From positions 8,122,001-8,186,000 of the forward strand of contig JANJGN010000020.1 of assembly GCA_026770705.1 (NCBI GenBank): a stretch of DNA of 64,000 nucleotides, given 5' to 3'. Shown piece by piece: positions 63,170 to 64,000 of the stretch; position 1 is the stretch's first letter; every line of letters starts with the position of its first letter. The notes beneath the pieces were generated by a model that was not told the origin of the DNA, did not search any database, and was given only the letters and a program-made list of their open reading frames with translations. This stretch comes from Isurus oxyrinchus. Taxonomy: Eukaryota. The position numbers and the translations under genes are program-made.

Positions 63170-63352
63170 TGGAAATCTGGAATCCCAGTGGATGTGCTGA
63201 TTCCCGCCCCGGTCATCACCACAATGTTCCTGTAACGATGATTCCCAATTTGTGCAGCAATATCATGGAGGCTCAAGAGCTTGGGGCCAACCTTGACTGA
63301 AGAATTTGGGGGACTTTTTGAATGAGGACCAGTGGCTTTTGCCTTTCCCTTC
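63170..63352 (-). pseudogene. SIRT3-like (SIRT3.2) exon carrying the GAGIS motif (equivalent to exon 2)
   Basis: Minus strand taataaag|G...TTCCA|gtgagt; KGKAKATG...LSLHDIAAQIGNHRYRNIVVMTGAGISTSTGIPDF(Q). Not in the ORF track; the acceptor is less certain than the donor. Confidence 0.85.
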
Positions 63353-63544
63353 CTTTATTACAAAGTAATAGAAGTTCACTCACAGGTCACGAGTTCAAAC
63401 CCACATTTACGAACATAATTAACAGCAGGGGAGTGTCCCCATTACCAGCAGCTCTGCTGGATTCACAGTTTCAGTCCAAACGCCCTCCAAGTGGTCAGAA
63501 CGCAATTGTTTTCAAACGTTCACTTGGTAGTACAGAACATGAAT

Positions 63545-64000
63545 ATTACTGAAAGGAGAGACGTGTTCCTGAAGCTTTTCAATTTGCACTCATCAGGACA
63601 AATGCAAGAATGCCAAATTTCAAACAATCACAACCATTTATACTACAGGGGAAAAAGGTGCTGATTGGTTGGCAATTCTACTCCCATTAGTCGAGCCAGT
63701 GCCATGGAGAAAGGGATAGGGAGCTATAGGCTCCCCAAGCTCCCTTGGAACTCAAAAAAGGTGCAACACTTGAACATATTCCTTTGGTTTGCAGAGAATG
63801 GGTCTCTGTGTACAAATGTATGTTGCTTCTAACAAGTGTAAACGAGCTTGACTGATTATCTTAAATTGGTTGTTAGTGTAGCTATTAGTGCACTCGGGAT
63901 TGCTATGATAAATTCATTCGATTGTATGAAATTTGGCATTTTTGCATTTGTCCTCATGTGCAAGACAAAAAACTTCGGCAACACGTCTCTTTTCAGCAAT
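63545..64000. mobile_element. Penelope-derived element with about 85-bp inverted arms carrying hammerhead-like motifs
   Basis: Left arm about 63545-63630 and right arm about 63920-64000 are reverse complements; the motif family is the same as at 48182. Confidence 0.7.

Overview
This is vertebrate nuclear DNA, very likely from a shark (inferred from the repeat families). It holds two convergent genes among dense decayed retroelements. On the + strand lie eight coding exons of RIC8B (4807-46482, 493 codons plus stop, all GT-AG, phases consistent); its first exons are upstream of the window. On the - strand lie six exons (63352-53484) of a SIRT3-type sirtuin. Its position next to RIC8B suggests the SIRT3.2/SIRT3-like paralog. 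This copy appears pseudogenised: it has an in-frame TAG at 55850-55852, has lost a zinc-ligand Cys, and has changes at several near-invariant residues (DFR>DFQ, KPD>KPG, FFGE>FFGG, NR>NW). The introns carry CR1, L2 and RTE fragments and Deu-domain SINEs. They also carry a tRNA-headed SINE that looks like the 5' head plus 3' tail of a local single-ORF APE-RT LINE, and Penelope-derived inverted-repeat elements with minimal hammerhead-ribozyme-like motifs. There is one assembly gap (57183-57448). Homology calls come from remembered family motifs, not searches, and repeat boundaries are approximate.
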